64,000 nucleotides of DNA from Candidatus Eiseniibacteriota bacterium (GTDB taxonomy: Bacteria; Eisenbacteria; RBG-16-71-46). Shown in pieces: positions 19,611 to 27,915 of the stretch. Numbering within the stretch: the stretch's first letter is position 1; each line of letters begins with the position of its first letter. The translations under genes and the position numbers were made by a program. The notes under the pieces are model-generated. The model did no database searches, was not told the DNA's origin, and worked only from the letters and a program-made list of their open reading frames with translations. The stretch covers positions 1 through 64,000 of the forward strand of contig CAVUWA010000005.1 of assembly GCA_963744995.1 (NCBI GenBank), in the 5' to 3' direction.

Positions 19611-21049
19611 GCGGCGTCCTCGCGATGCTCGAGCCGCACGGTGTCCACCATCCCGCAGAGGATCCAGAAATTGCCGGCCACCGTGATCGGGAAGAAACGG
19701 TCGCCGAACGCACACGAAATCGCCAGCACTACCGTCGACGCCCCGAGCCCGACCGCGAGTTGCCGGTCCCAGGGCACGCGCGCCAGTCGAATTCCGTCGA
19801 GCGCGATGCGGAAGCACTTCCAGAAGACGAACAGAAGCACGATGAAGCCGAGAATGCCCATTTCCGCCTGGAAGCGAAGGTAGGTGTTGTGCGAGCTGTC
19901 CTTGACCTCGAGGCCCAGCGCGTCGCCGGTTTCCGGCAGAACGTAGTGCAGCCCGGTGAACCCCACCCCGTCCAGCGGGTGCTCGGAGATGATGTCCGTC
20001 AGCGCGTGCCACGTGTCGATGCGCGCCTGCGCCGAGCCTTCGAGCTCGGTCTCGTCCGTCCCCTTGACCGTGACCTCGGTCTCGGTGAAGCGCTCCATCA
20101 TGTAGTCCGGGACCCACAGCGGGCTCGACAGCAGCGCGAGCAGCGTGAGCACCGCCATCCAACGGGAACTGCGCAGGCCGACGAACAGGAGGCCGCAGAC
20201 CAGGCCGATGATCGCACCGCGCGAGACGCTCATGAACACCGCGATCGTCCCCGCCACCGTCGTGGCCACCAGCATCAGACGGGCCCAGTTCCGCTTCACG
20301 CCCGGAAGCAGCGCCATCGCGACGACCACGTACATCGCCAGAAAGGTTCCCAGTTCGTTCGGCTGCCCGAGCGAACCCAGCGCACGACCGCCGCTGCCGT
20401 CACGGCCGTTGTGGATCGTCACGAGCGATTCCAGCAGAAGCGCCACGACGACGGCCCAGCCGTACACGCGGCGATCCTGCTTCCCGCTGAGCATCATCAG
20501 GGCGACGAAGTAGCCGAACAGCGGCACGGTCGAGCGGAACAGCTCGACCCCCGCCGCCGCCGCATTGTAGTCGGGGCCCGCCGGATACGCCGCCCCGCGC
20601 ACCACGGACACGCCCATGATCACCACCAGCAGCAGCAGAGGCGTGCCCATCGTCCCGCCGCGGAAGAACGGCTTGCGCTGAATGATGCGCGTCAACACAT
20701 AGGACACGACGATCGAGTACAGCAGCACGTTGAGCGGATTGACGCCGGGAATGCCGAGCTGCGGCATCCACGCCAGGAACGGCGTCGCGATCACGAACAA
20801 CCACAGTCCGATCCGCGGCTTCATGATGATCGTCGCCAGCATGCTCACGCCGAGCAGGATCTTGACGAGGCGGTGCGGCGCCTGATCGAAGTGGTAATCG
20901 AGGATCACGAAGAGCACGACCGCCAGCAGCGCGAGCAGCGAGCCGCCGACCACGACCAGCCCGACCGGCAGCTGGCGCGCCTGCTCCTCTGCGGCGCCGC
21001 GCGCTTCGCTGAGCGGGGTCGGAAGTCCGGCGCGCGGGTCGGAGGTCAC
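19607..21049 (-). CDS. O-antigen ligase/Wzy-family polymerase
   Basis: Many TMs; QPNELG, SRGA, HPLDGVG, HNTYL..AEMGILG; GTGA overlap. Confidence 0.88.
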   Translation of the reverse strand: MTSDPRAGLPTPLSEARGAAEEQARQLPVGLVVVGGSLLALLAVVLFVILDYHFDQAPHRLVKILLGVSMLATIIMKPRIGLWLFVIATPFLAWMPQLGIPGVNPLNVLLYSIVVSYVLTRIIQRKPFFRGGTMGTPLLLLVVIMGVSVVRGAAYPAGPDYNAAAAGVELFRSTVPLFGYFVALMMLSGKQDRRVYGWAVVVALLLESLVTIHNGRDGSGGRALGSLGQPNELGTFLAMYVVVAMALLPGVKRNWARLMLVATTVAGTIAVFMSVSRGAIIGLVCGLLFVGLRSSRWMAVLTLLALLSSPLWVPDYMMERFTETEVTVKGTDETELEGSAQARIDTWHALTDIISEHPLDGVGFTGLHYVLPETGDALGLEVKDSSHNTYLRFQAEMGILGFIVLLFVFWKCFRIALDGIRLARVPWDRQLAVGLGASTVVLAISCAFGDRFFPITVAGNFWILCGMVDTVRLEHREDAA

Positions 21050-22071
21050 GACGACTTCCTCATCGAAATCGAAGCGAACAGGTCGGGCGGCGTCTCGAGG
21101 GTCACGCGCCGGAGCCGCAGGACCTGGACGCCCAGCCCGCGCGTCACCCAGGGCTGCCGCCGCACCGCGCGCACCACCGGCGCCGGCATCAGCGACAGGC
21201 TCCAGGCGGCGATGACGGCGAACGCGCGCGCGCGGCTCCAGGCGCCGGTGAGGTGGCGCCTGCACTCGCCGTGCCGGCCCTCGCGCAGCGCGCCGACGGC
21301 GAGTTTGTAGTGCGCCATCTTCGCGCGGCGTGCGGCGCGCGCGCGCAGCGCGGGCTCGAGCGTGGCATCGGCCGCGAGACGCTCGAACAGCGCGACGTCT
21401 CCCTCGAGACGCGGCCCGGTCTGGCGGGTGAGACCGCCCTCCCGATGCTGGTAGCGCACCAGTGCGCGGCGCGAGGCGGTGGCCGGCCAGCGCCGCGCGA
21501 GCCGGATCCACAGGTCGAGATCCTCGGCATGGCTCAGCTGCTCGTGGAAACCGCCGGCCGCCTCGAGCGCGTCCTTCCGCACCACCACCGAGGAGGTCAG
21601 GATGAAGTTCACCTCGAACAGCTCGGCCACCGGCTGTCCCAGATAGGGCTCGCTGAGATCCGCGTAGCTCTGCAGCCACGACGCGTGCAGGTCGCCGTCG
21701 AGCGTCCGGAACGCACCGTCGCTGAAGAACCACGCCGCGGCCGGCCGGCCGTCGAGGGCCTCCGCGGCCACCGCCGTCTTCTCCGGGAACCACAGGTCGT
21801 CGGCGTCGAGGAAACCGATCCACGGCGAGCGCGCGGCGCGCCAGCCGGCGTTGCGGGCGGCGCCGGCACTGCCGAAACGCCCGCGCACGAGGGTGACCGC
21901 CGAACCGAACGTGCGCTCGAGCGCCTGAGCGGTGCCGTCGGCGGAATCGTCATCGACCACGATGACCTCATCGGGCGGCTGCTGCTGCTCGAGGGCCGAG
22001 CGCACGGCGTCGAGCACGAACGGCATGCCGTCGTGCGAGGGAATCACCGCGGCGAGACCGAACGCTTTCAT
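21046..22071 (-). CDS. Glycosyltransferase family 2
   Basis: VIVVDDDSAD, ARNAG, FLDADD, AEDLDLW. Confidence 0.92.
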   Translation of the reverse strand: MKAFGLAAVIPSHDGMPFVLDAVRSALEQQQPPDEVIVVDDDSADGTAQALERTFGSAVTLVRGRFGSAGAARNAGWRAARSPWIGFLDADDLWFPEKTAVAAEALDGRPAAAWFFSDGAFRTLDGDLHASWLQSYADLSEPYLGQPVAELFEVNFILTSSVVVRKDALEAAGGFHEQLSHAEDLDLWIRLARRWPATASRRALVRYQHREGGLTRQTGPRLEGDVALFERLAADATLEPALRARAARRAKMAHYKLAVGALREGRHGECRRHLTGAWSRARAFAVIAAWSLSLMPAPVVRAVRRQPWVTRGLGVQVLRLRRVTLETPPDLFASISMRKSS

Positions 22072-23060
22072 GACGGGCTCCCGTCGCCGGCGGGCATCCG
22101 CGCGGGCGGCACGCGCCGCGCGCCGGCCACGCGCGACTTGAGCCAGCCGGAGCGGATCAGCCGCTTCATGCTCCAGCGGGGCGCGAGCGCGCCGCCGAGC
22201 GAAATCAGGCGCCGGCGCAGCGGGCCGTGTGCCGCGGCACGCCACAGCCGCAGACGCGCCTCGCGGATCCGTCCCGAGCGCACGCACAGGAGGCCCAGAT
22301 CGAAGTCGAGCGCCGCCGCGCGCTCCGCGGCCCTGCGACGCACCGCCGGGCTGGCCGCCACGCCTCCGCGGGCCAGGCGCCGCATGATGCGCTGGTCTTC
22401 GCGATGCCGCGCCTCATAGCGCCGCGACAGGTTGTTGGGCCCGGTGTAGTAGCGCACCAGCCGCTCGGCGAGGATCATGCCCGGATAACGCAGCGCGAGC
22501 CGCAGCCACATGTCGTAGTCGCAGGACAGCGCATAGGCGATATTGAGGCCGCCGACGTCACGGTAGGCGTTGTGCTCGACGAGCATCGAGCTCAGCAGCG
22601 GATAGCAGCGCTCGATGAGCGGCGTCAGCAGGTCGCCGTCCATGTCCACCACCGGGTGAAAGTAGTCCGAAAGCCACGACTCGCGCACCACCCCGTCGTC
22701 GGAGAAAAGGATGCCGTCGCTGCCCATCCAGCGCAGCTCGGGCCGCCGTGCGACCACCTCGAGCTGGCGCTCGAGCTTCTGCGGCTCCCAGACGTCGTCC
22801 GCGTCCATGAACGCCAGCCAGTCACCCTGCGCTCGATCGAGGCCAGCGCGGCGCGCCTCGGCGGCATTGCGGTGCGGCAGGCGCAGCACCTCGACCGGCG
22901 CGCGGTAGTTCGCCTCGATCCAGTCGGCCATGCCGTCGGTCGAACCGTCGTCGCATACCAGGATCTCGTCGGGCAGGCGTGTGCCGGCCAGCACGCTGTC
23001 CAGCGCGCGTCCGATGCACCACTTCGCGTTGTAGGCGGCATACACCACGCTCACGCGCAT
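22068..23060 (-). CDS. Glycosyltransferase family 2
   Basis: VSVV..AYN, DDGSTD, FMDADD, DYDMWLR. Confidence 0.92.
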   Translation of the reverse strand: MRVSVVYAAYNAKWCIGRALDSVLAGTRLPDEILVCDDGSTDGMADWIEANYRAPVEVLRLPHRNAAEARRAGLDRAQGDWLAFMDADDVWEPQKLERQLEVVARRPELRWMGSDGILFSDDGVVRESWLSDYFHPVVDMDGDLLTPLIERCYPLLSSMLVEHNAYRDVGGLNIAYALSCDYDMWLRLALRYPGMILAERLVRYYTGPNNLSRRYEARHREDQRIMRRLARGGVAASPAVRRRAAERAAALDFDLGLLCVRSGRIREARLRLWRAAAHGPLRRRLISLGGALAPRWSMKRLIRSGWLKSRVAGARRVPPARMPAGDGSPS

Positions 23061-23064
23061 GCGC

Positions 23065-24621
23065 TCACCTCCCCGCGTCGGCGGCAGCGGCGCCGAATCC
23101 GAACATGCGCGGCACCGCCGTGCGCCAGCGCTCGCGCTCGCCGGCAGTCTGGCCCCAGCGCCACGCCACCAGCGCGAACACGCCCCAGCACGCCGCGCAC
23201 GCGCCGATCAGCGGAATCCAGCCGATCGGCCGCCACAGCGCCTGCACCAGCAGGGCCGGGGGCACGAACGCCATGCTCACGAGCCCCGGCCGGGCCAGAC
23301 CTTCCCACAGGTAGCGGCCGACAGGCATCTCGAGCTTGCGAGCCCCGAAGACCATCATCGCGACGCCGGCGACCAGGAACAGCGGCACGGCGGTCCCCCA
23401 GGCGACGCCGGTGAGCCCGAGGGGATGGACCCACCACAGCGAAAGCCCCAGGTTCAGGACCGCGTTCAGCAGCGACAGCCCGACCACGCCGCGGTGGCGG
23501 CTGATGCCGAACAGCACCGAACTGGCCGCCGCCTGCGGCAGCGCGATCAGCGTCGGCACCGCCAGGATCGTGAGCAGTCCGGACGCTTCCGCGAATCGCG
23601 GCCCCACCCACGTCGTCAGGATGTTCGGCCCGAAGATCACCAGCGCGAGCAGCACGGGCCAGCTGACCAGGACGCCGTACTTGGAGCCCAGCACCATCAT
23701 TCCCTGGAGCTTCTCCTGCTCGCCGCGCGTTTCCATTTCGCTCGCGGTCGGCGACAGCACCCAGGCCGCCGCGTGCACGAGCTGGCGGCTCTGGTTCACG
23801 AGGCTCGCCGCGAGTGCGAACGGCGTCACCGCGGCGGCCCCCATGAACGCCGTGATCACCAGCGCATCGGTCTGGAACGTGATCGTCGTCGCGAGGGCAC
23901 CGATGAACGCGAAGCCGCTGTAGGACCCGATGCGCCGCAGCGTCGGCCGGTCGATGAAACGCGGATGGAACGACACCCCCGGCAGCTGGCGGCGCACGAA
24001 CCACAGCGACAGACCGTGACCGACCAGGTTGAGCGCGAGCGAGCACCAGGCCAGTTCGACCAGGTGGCCGCCGAGCCGCAGCACCATGATGAACGCGATC
24101 ACGCGGATCAGCGAAATCGTGATGCCGATCGTATTGGCGATGTCATAGCGCTGGAGTCCCGACAGCGTCGCGCCGAAGACGCCGAGCGGAAACCCGACCG
24201 CGAGCGACAGACCGCTCACGAACACCACGGTGCGGGCCACGTCCAGCTGCTCGGGGTCGATCCGGAACCAGGCGCCGAAATGCGCCGCAACGACGAAAGT
24301 GGCGAGCAGCGTCAGCAGGCCGACCGAGCCATACATCGCCGTCGCCGAGCTCAATGTGCGCGACAGGGCGAGGTCGTCGCCCTCGGCCTTATGGCGCGAC
24401 ACGTAACGCACCAGCGACGGGCGGATGCCCTGATCCATCAACCCGAAGTAGCCGGTGAGCGAGAAGATCGTCACCCACAGGCCATAGCCCGTGTCGCCCA
24501 GGCTGTGCACCATGATCGGCGTGAGCACGACGCCCACGACGATGGACACGATCATGCGCAGGTAGTTGGTGCCGATGTTGCGGAGAACGCGAATCGTTCG
24601 CACGTCAGGCCTCACGCGCAC
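23065..24621 (-). CDS. wzx: Wzx-family oligosaccharide flippase
   Basis: LG..GYGLW, D.GI..SLVRYVS, 12-14 TM, G..GVAWGT; start could be 24615 or 24603. Confidence 0.87.
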   Translation of the reverse strand: MRVRPDVRTIRVLRNIGTNYLRMIVSIVVGVVLTPIMVHSLGDTGYGLWVTIFSLTGYFGLMDQGIRPSLVRYVSRHKAEGDDLALSRTLSSATAMYGSVGLLTLLATFVVAAHFGAWFRIDPEQLDVARTVVFVSGLSLAVGFPLGVFGATLSGLQRYDIANTIGITISLIRVIAFIMVLRLGGHLVELAWCSLALNLVGHGLSLWFVRRQLPGVSFHPRFIDRPTLRRIGSYSGFAFIGALATTITFQTDALVITAFMGAAAVTPFALAASLVNQSRQLVHAAAWVLSPTASEMETRGEQEKLQGMMVLGSKYGVLVSWPVLLALVIFGPNILTTWVGPRFAEASGLLTILAVPTLIALPQAAASSVLFGISRHRGVVGLSLLNAVLNLGLSLWWVHPLGLTGVAWGTAVPLFLVAGVAMMVFGARKLEMPVGRYLWEGLARPGLVSMAFVPPALLVQALWRPIGWIPLIGACAACWGVFALVAWRWGQTAGERERWRTAVPRMFGFGAAAADAGR

Positions 24622-24703
24622 CGGGCGGGATCGACGGCACCGCGGGCGACGCGAAGGATCCGTGTCGCCCGGCCGGCGTCCGCGGAGATCCGCGGGCGGC
24701 GGA

Positions 24704-26923
24704 TCAGTGATCGCCGCCCGCCACTTCGCCCTCGTAGCCGTAGGCGTTGTAGCGATAGCCGTAGTACTGGGCGAGCACCTCGCCGAGGTCGTTCATGAGG
24801 ACGCCGATCACGTTGTCGCACGCCTCGCGCTGGACCTTGACGCCGTACTCGGCGGCCTTGCGGATCGTGCTGCCCGCGCGAATCACATAGATCACGCCTT
24901 CGACGGCACGGCCGATGATGAGCGGATCGGGCACCGCCAGGTTCGGCGCGGCATCGATCAGCACCAGCGGATAGCGGTTGCGTGCCTCCTGAAGGAACCA
25001 CTCCACCGACTGCGAGTCGAGCAGTTCGGCGGCCGGGCGCTCGCTCTTGCCGGCGCCCAGGAAGTCCAGCTCGGGAATGACCGTCGAGCGCACGAAGCGC
25101 TCGTCGAAGTGTCGCTGCTGCAGCATCTGCGCGAGCCCCCAGCTCGAGCTCGGCAGGCCCAGCGCCCGGTGCAGCTTGGGGCTCCTCAGGTCGAAGTCGA
25201 CGAGCAGGGTCTTTTCCTTGAGCTCACGCGCGAGCGTGATCGCCAGCGACGCGGTGGTCGTCGTCTTGCCTTCGCCACGGGTGGCGCTCGTCACCATCAG
25301 CGTGCGCGGCAGCGTGCGGCCACGGGTCTTCGCCAGCTTGAGGAAGATGCGGCGGAACTCGAGTCCAAGCGGGCTTTCGACCTTGAGCCGGTGCAGCAGC
25401 CCCTGGTCGCGCGACTCGGGCAGTCCCGGCGCACCGCCCACGACCGGCCGGCGGCGGCGCGAGCGATCGAGCTCCTCGACACGCGGCACGACGCCCAGCA
25501 CCGGAAGTCCGAGCAGGTTCTCGACCTCGTCCGCGTCCTTCACCGACTGGTCATGGTGTTCGACCACCATCACGGTGCCGATGCCGACCACGCCGCCCGC
25601 CAGCACCGCGAGCAGGATCAGCATCAGCCGATTCGGCTTGCCGGGCTTGAGCGGCAGGTTGGCGGGCTCGAGCACGCTGAAGCGGCCGCTCACCTTGGCA
25701 TTGGCGAACGCTTCGGCGATCTGCGCCGCGGCGGACTGCTGCAGGAAGGAGTTGTACATCGCACGGTCGTTGTCCACCTGGGTCTGCAGCCGCTGGATCT
25801 CGAGCTCGCGGTCGGGGGTCATCACGACCTGCTGCTCGTAGGCGGAGATCTGCGACTGGAGATAGTCCTGGCGCGCCTGGCGCGCGCCGAGGTCGGCGCC
25901 CGCGAGGCGGTAGCGCACCAGCAACTGGCGCGTCTCGACCGAGAGCGCGGGCAGGTTCAGCGCCGCGTTGGACGACAGGCCGGCCTCGAGCTCCGAGGTC
26001 TTGCGCGCCAGCATCGTGCGGATCGAGGCCTCGTTCTCGGCCGAACCCTCGAGCATGGCACCGGCCAGCTGCCGCTCCAGCGAGGCGATCTGCGCGATCA
26101 GCGAATTGACCGACGGGTTCGAGAGCAGCTGCGGGTCCTTGTCCTGGATCTTGCCGTTCAGGCGCCCGCGCAGCTCGTCGACGCGCCGGGTCTGCTCGCC
26201 CACTTCGAGCTTGGCCTGATCGAGCAGGGTGCGCGCCCTGGAGATGTTGTTGGCGTCCACGGACGAACCGGTCAGCGTGCCGCTGAGGCCGGCGCGCCGC
26301 GCCGCTTCGAGCCGGCGCTCGCTCGCTTCCAGCCGGTCCTTGTAGACCTGCTGCTGCTCGAGGGTGAACTGGTTCATCTCGCGCAGGGCGTCGAGCTGCG
26401 CCGCCTTGGACGACAGCACGAATTGCTCGGCCACCGCATCGGCGACTTTCTGCGCCCGGGCCGGGACGTAATCGGCGACGATGACGTCGATCACCGAGCC
26501 GCGTCCGAGCCGCACGCTGACGGCGTCCTGAAGATAGCTGACCAGGTACGCTTCGGCCGCGTCGTCGCCGGTGAGCCCCGTGCCGGGCGGCGCGTTTTCC
26601 TGCGCCCACTCGCGCGTGGCCGGATCGTCCATCAGTCCGGCCGCGGTGATCACGCTGCGCAGGAACACGCTGCTGCCGACCTGCTCGCGCATGACCTCGG
26701 CCTGATCCGTGACGCGGCCGCCCGGCACCATCTCGCCGAGCCGCCCACCCAGCTGCTGACCGCGGTCCATCATGAGCGTGACGTGGCTGAAGTAGATGGG
26801 CTTCAGGAGGAATGCCGCCAGCACCCCGCCGGCGATGGCGATCCCCCAGGGAACGATGAGCAGCAGCTTGCGCCGCCAGACCATGCGGGTGATTTCACGG
26901 ATGTCGAGCGAGGTGTTGGCCAT
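24704..26923 (-). CDS. wzc: Wzc-family chain-length regulator/BY-kinase
   Basis: Two TMs with periplasmic coiled coil, Walker A GEGKTT, VDFDLR, C-terminal Tyr cluster YYGYRYNAYGY. Confidence 0.92.
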   Translation of the reverse strand: MANTSLDIREITRMVWRRKLLLIVPWGIAIAGGVLAAFLLKPIYFSHVTLMMDRGQQLGGRLGEMVPGGRVTDQAEVMREQVGSSVFLRSVITAAGLMDDPATREWAQENAPPGTGLTGDDAAEAYLVSYLQDAVSVRLGRGSVIDVIVADYVPARAQKVADAVAEQFVLSSKAAQLDALREMNQFTLEQQQVYKDRLEASERRLEAARRAGLSGTLTGSSVDANNISRARTLLDQAKLEVGEQTRRVDELRGRLNGKIQDKDPQLLSNPSVNSLIAQIASLERQLAGAMLEGSAENEASIRTMLARKTSELEAGLSSNAALNLPALSVETRQLLVRYRLAGADLGARQARQDYLQSQISAYEQQVVMTPDRELEIQRLQTQVDNDRAMYNSFLQQSAAAQIAEAFANAKVSGRFSVLEPANLPLKPGKPNRLMLILLAVLAGGVVGIGTVMVVEHHDQSVKDADEVENLLGLPVLGVVPRVEELDRSRRRRPVVGGAPGLPESRDQGLLHRLKVESPLGLEFRRIFLKLAKTRGRTLPRTLMVTSATRGEGKTTTTASLAITLARELKEKTLLVDFDLRSPKLHRALGLPSSSWGLAQMLQQRHFDERFVRSTVIPELDFLGAGKSERPAAELLDSQSVEWFLQEARNRYPLVLIDAAPNLAVPDPLIIGRAVEGVIYVIRAGSTIRKAAEYGVKVQREACDNVIGVLMNDLGEVLAQYYGYRYNAYGYEGEVAGGDH

Positions 26924-27915
26924 GTCAGTTGCCGCTTGTTGTTGTTGTTGTTGTCGAGCAGCACGACGAGCACGATCACATTGAGCACGTCGCGGGAAAC
27001 CCCGAGAAGCGCATTGAAGCCGCGGCCGGTCTTGCCCCAGAAGCTCTGCCCGGTGCGTTCGACGAATACGACGTCGCCGGAATAGACGAGGTACGGCGCG
27101 CTGCCGCCGGAGTTCAGCACGTCCTTCAGGTTGAGCGTCGTCACGGTCTGCGCCTGCTCCTTCCGGCGCAGGATGCGGATCTTGGCGAGGTCACCCTGCG
27201 CGGACAGCCCCCCCGACGCGGCCAGCACCGACCACAGATCCTGGCCGTCGCCCACCCCGTACACGCCCGGCCGCGAGACCTCGCCGAGCACGCTCACCCC
27301 CGTCCCGGGCGGCAGGTTGCCGCCCGACTGGCTGGGGATCACGATCGTGTCGCCGGCCTTGAGGGCCGGCAGCGGCGCTGCGGGACCGAGCTGCAGGGCG
27401 GCGGCGACGTCGACGTTGAGCACGCGGCGCGAAGCGCCTTCCTTGCGCAGGATCTGGACGCGCGACAGGTCCGCCCCCGGCTGGGCGCCGCCGGCGCGGT
27501 CCAGCACGTCGAGCAGCGGTGGGATCGATTCGAATCCGTAGCGGCCCGGCGAGGCGACCGCACCGGTGACGACGACGCTGTTGCTGGCATAGTCGGTCAC
27601 GACGACCGTCACCGTGGCGGTCTGGCGGAGGTAGGACGAGAGCCGGTCGGCGATGCGCGCGCCGAGGCCTTCGGAGGTCAGCCCCGCGGCCTGGATCTCG
27701 CCGATCGGCGGGAAGACGATGGTGCCGTCGGCCCGGATCTTCGCGGTGCGCTCGAGTTCGGGATGGAGCCACACACTGATCGAGACGACGTCGTCCGGGC
27801 CGAGCACGTAGGCGCCCTGGCCGGGTGTACTCTGGCTCGATGTCCCCTGCGCGTGTGCCGTGCCCGGGACGGCGAAGGCGATCACCAGCGCACACCACCA
27901 CATGCAAAATCTCAT
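26803..27915 (-). CDS. wza: Polysaccharide export protein with SLBB domains (Wza-like); true stop probably at 26925
   Basis: YVLGPDD, DGTI.FP.IGEI.AAGLT, two SLBB repeats; the 121-nt overlap with wzc is explained by an indel at an (AAC)5 tract. Confidence 0.88.
   Translation of the reverse strand: MRFCMWWCALVIAFAVPGTAHAQGTSSQSTPGQGAYVLGPDDVVSISVWLHPELERTAKIRADGTIVFPPIGEIQAAGLTSEGLGARIADRLSSYLRQTATVTVVVTDYASNSVVVTGAVASPGRYGFESIPPLLDVLDRAGGAQPGADLSRVQILRKEGASRRVLNVDVAAALQLGPAAPLPALKAGDTIVIPSQSGGNLPPGTGVSVLGEVSRPGVYGVGDGQDLWSVLAASGGLSAQGDLAKIRILRRKEQAQTVTTLNLKDVLNSGGSAPYLVYSGDVVFVERTGQSFWGKTGRGFNALLGVSRDVLNVIVLVVLLDNNNNNKRQLTWPTPRSTSVKSPAWSGGASCCSSFPGGSPSPAGCWRHSS
26937..26955 (-). repeat. (AAC)5 trinucleotide tract (poly-Asn) at the wza 3' end
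   Basis: Plus strand reads t(gtt)5gtc. Confidence 0.9.

Noticed and set aside
7400..22287. Long N-terminal extensions in the ORF track (e.g. 923-aa, 879-aa, 746-aa, 738-aa ORFs) suggesting giant fusions
   Set aside because: Real starts lie downstream at ATGA/GTGA/TTGA overlaps; the extensions are out-of-frame readings of upstream genes
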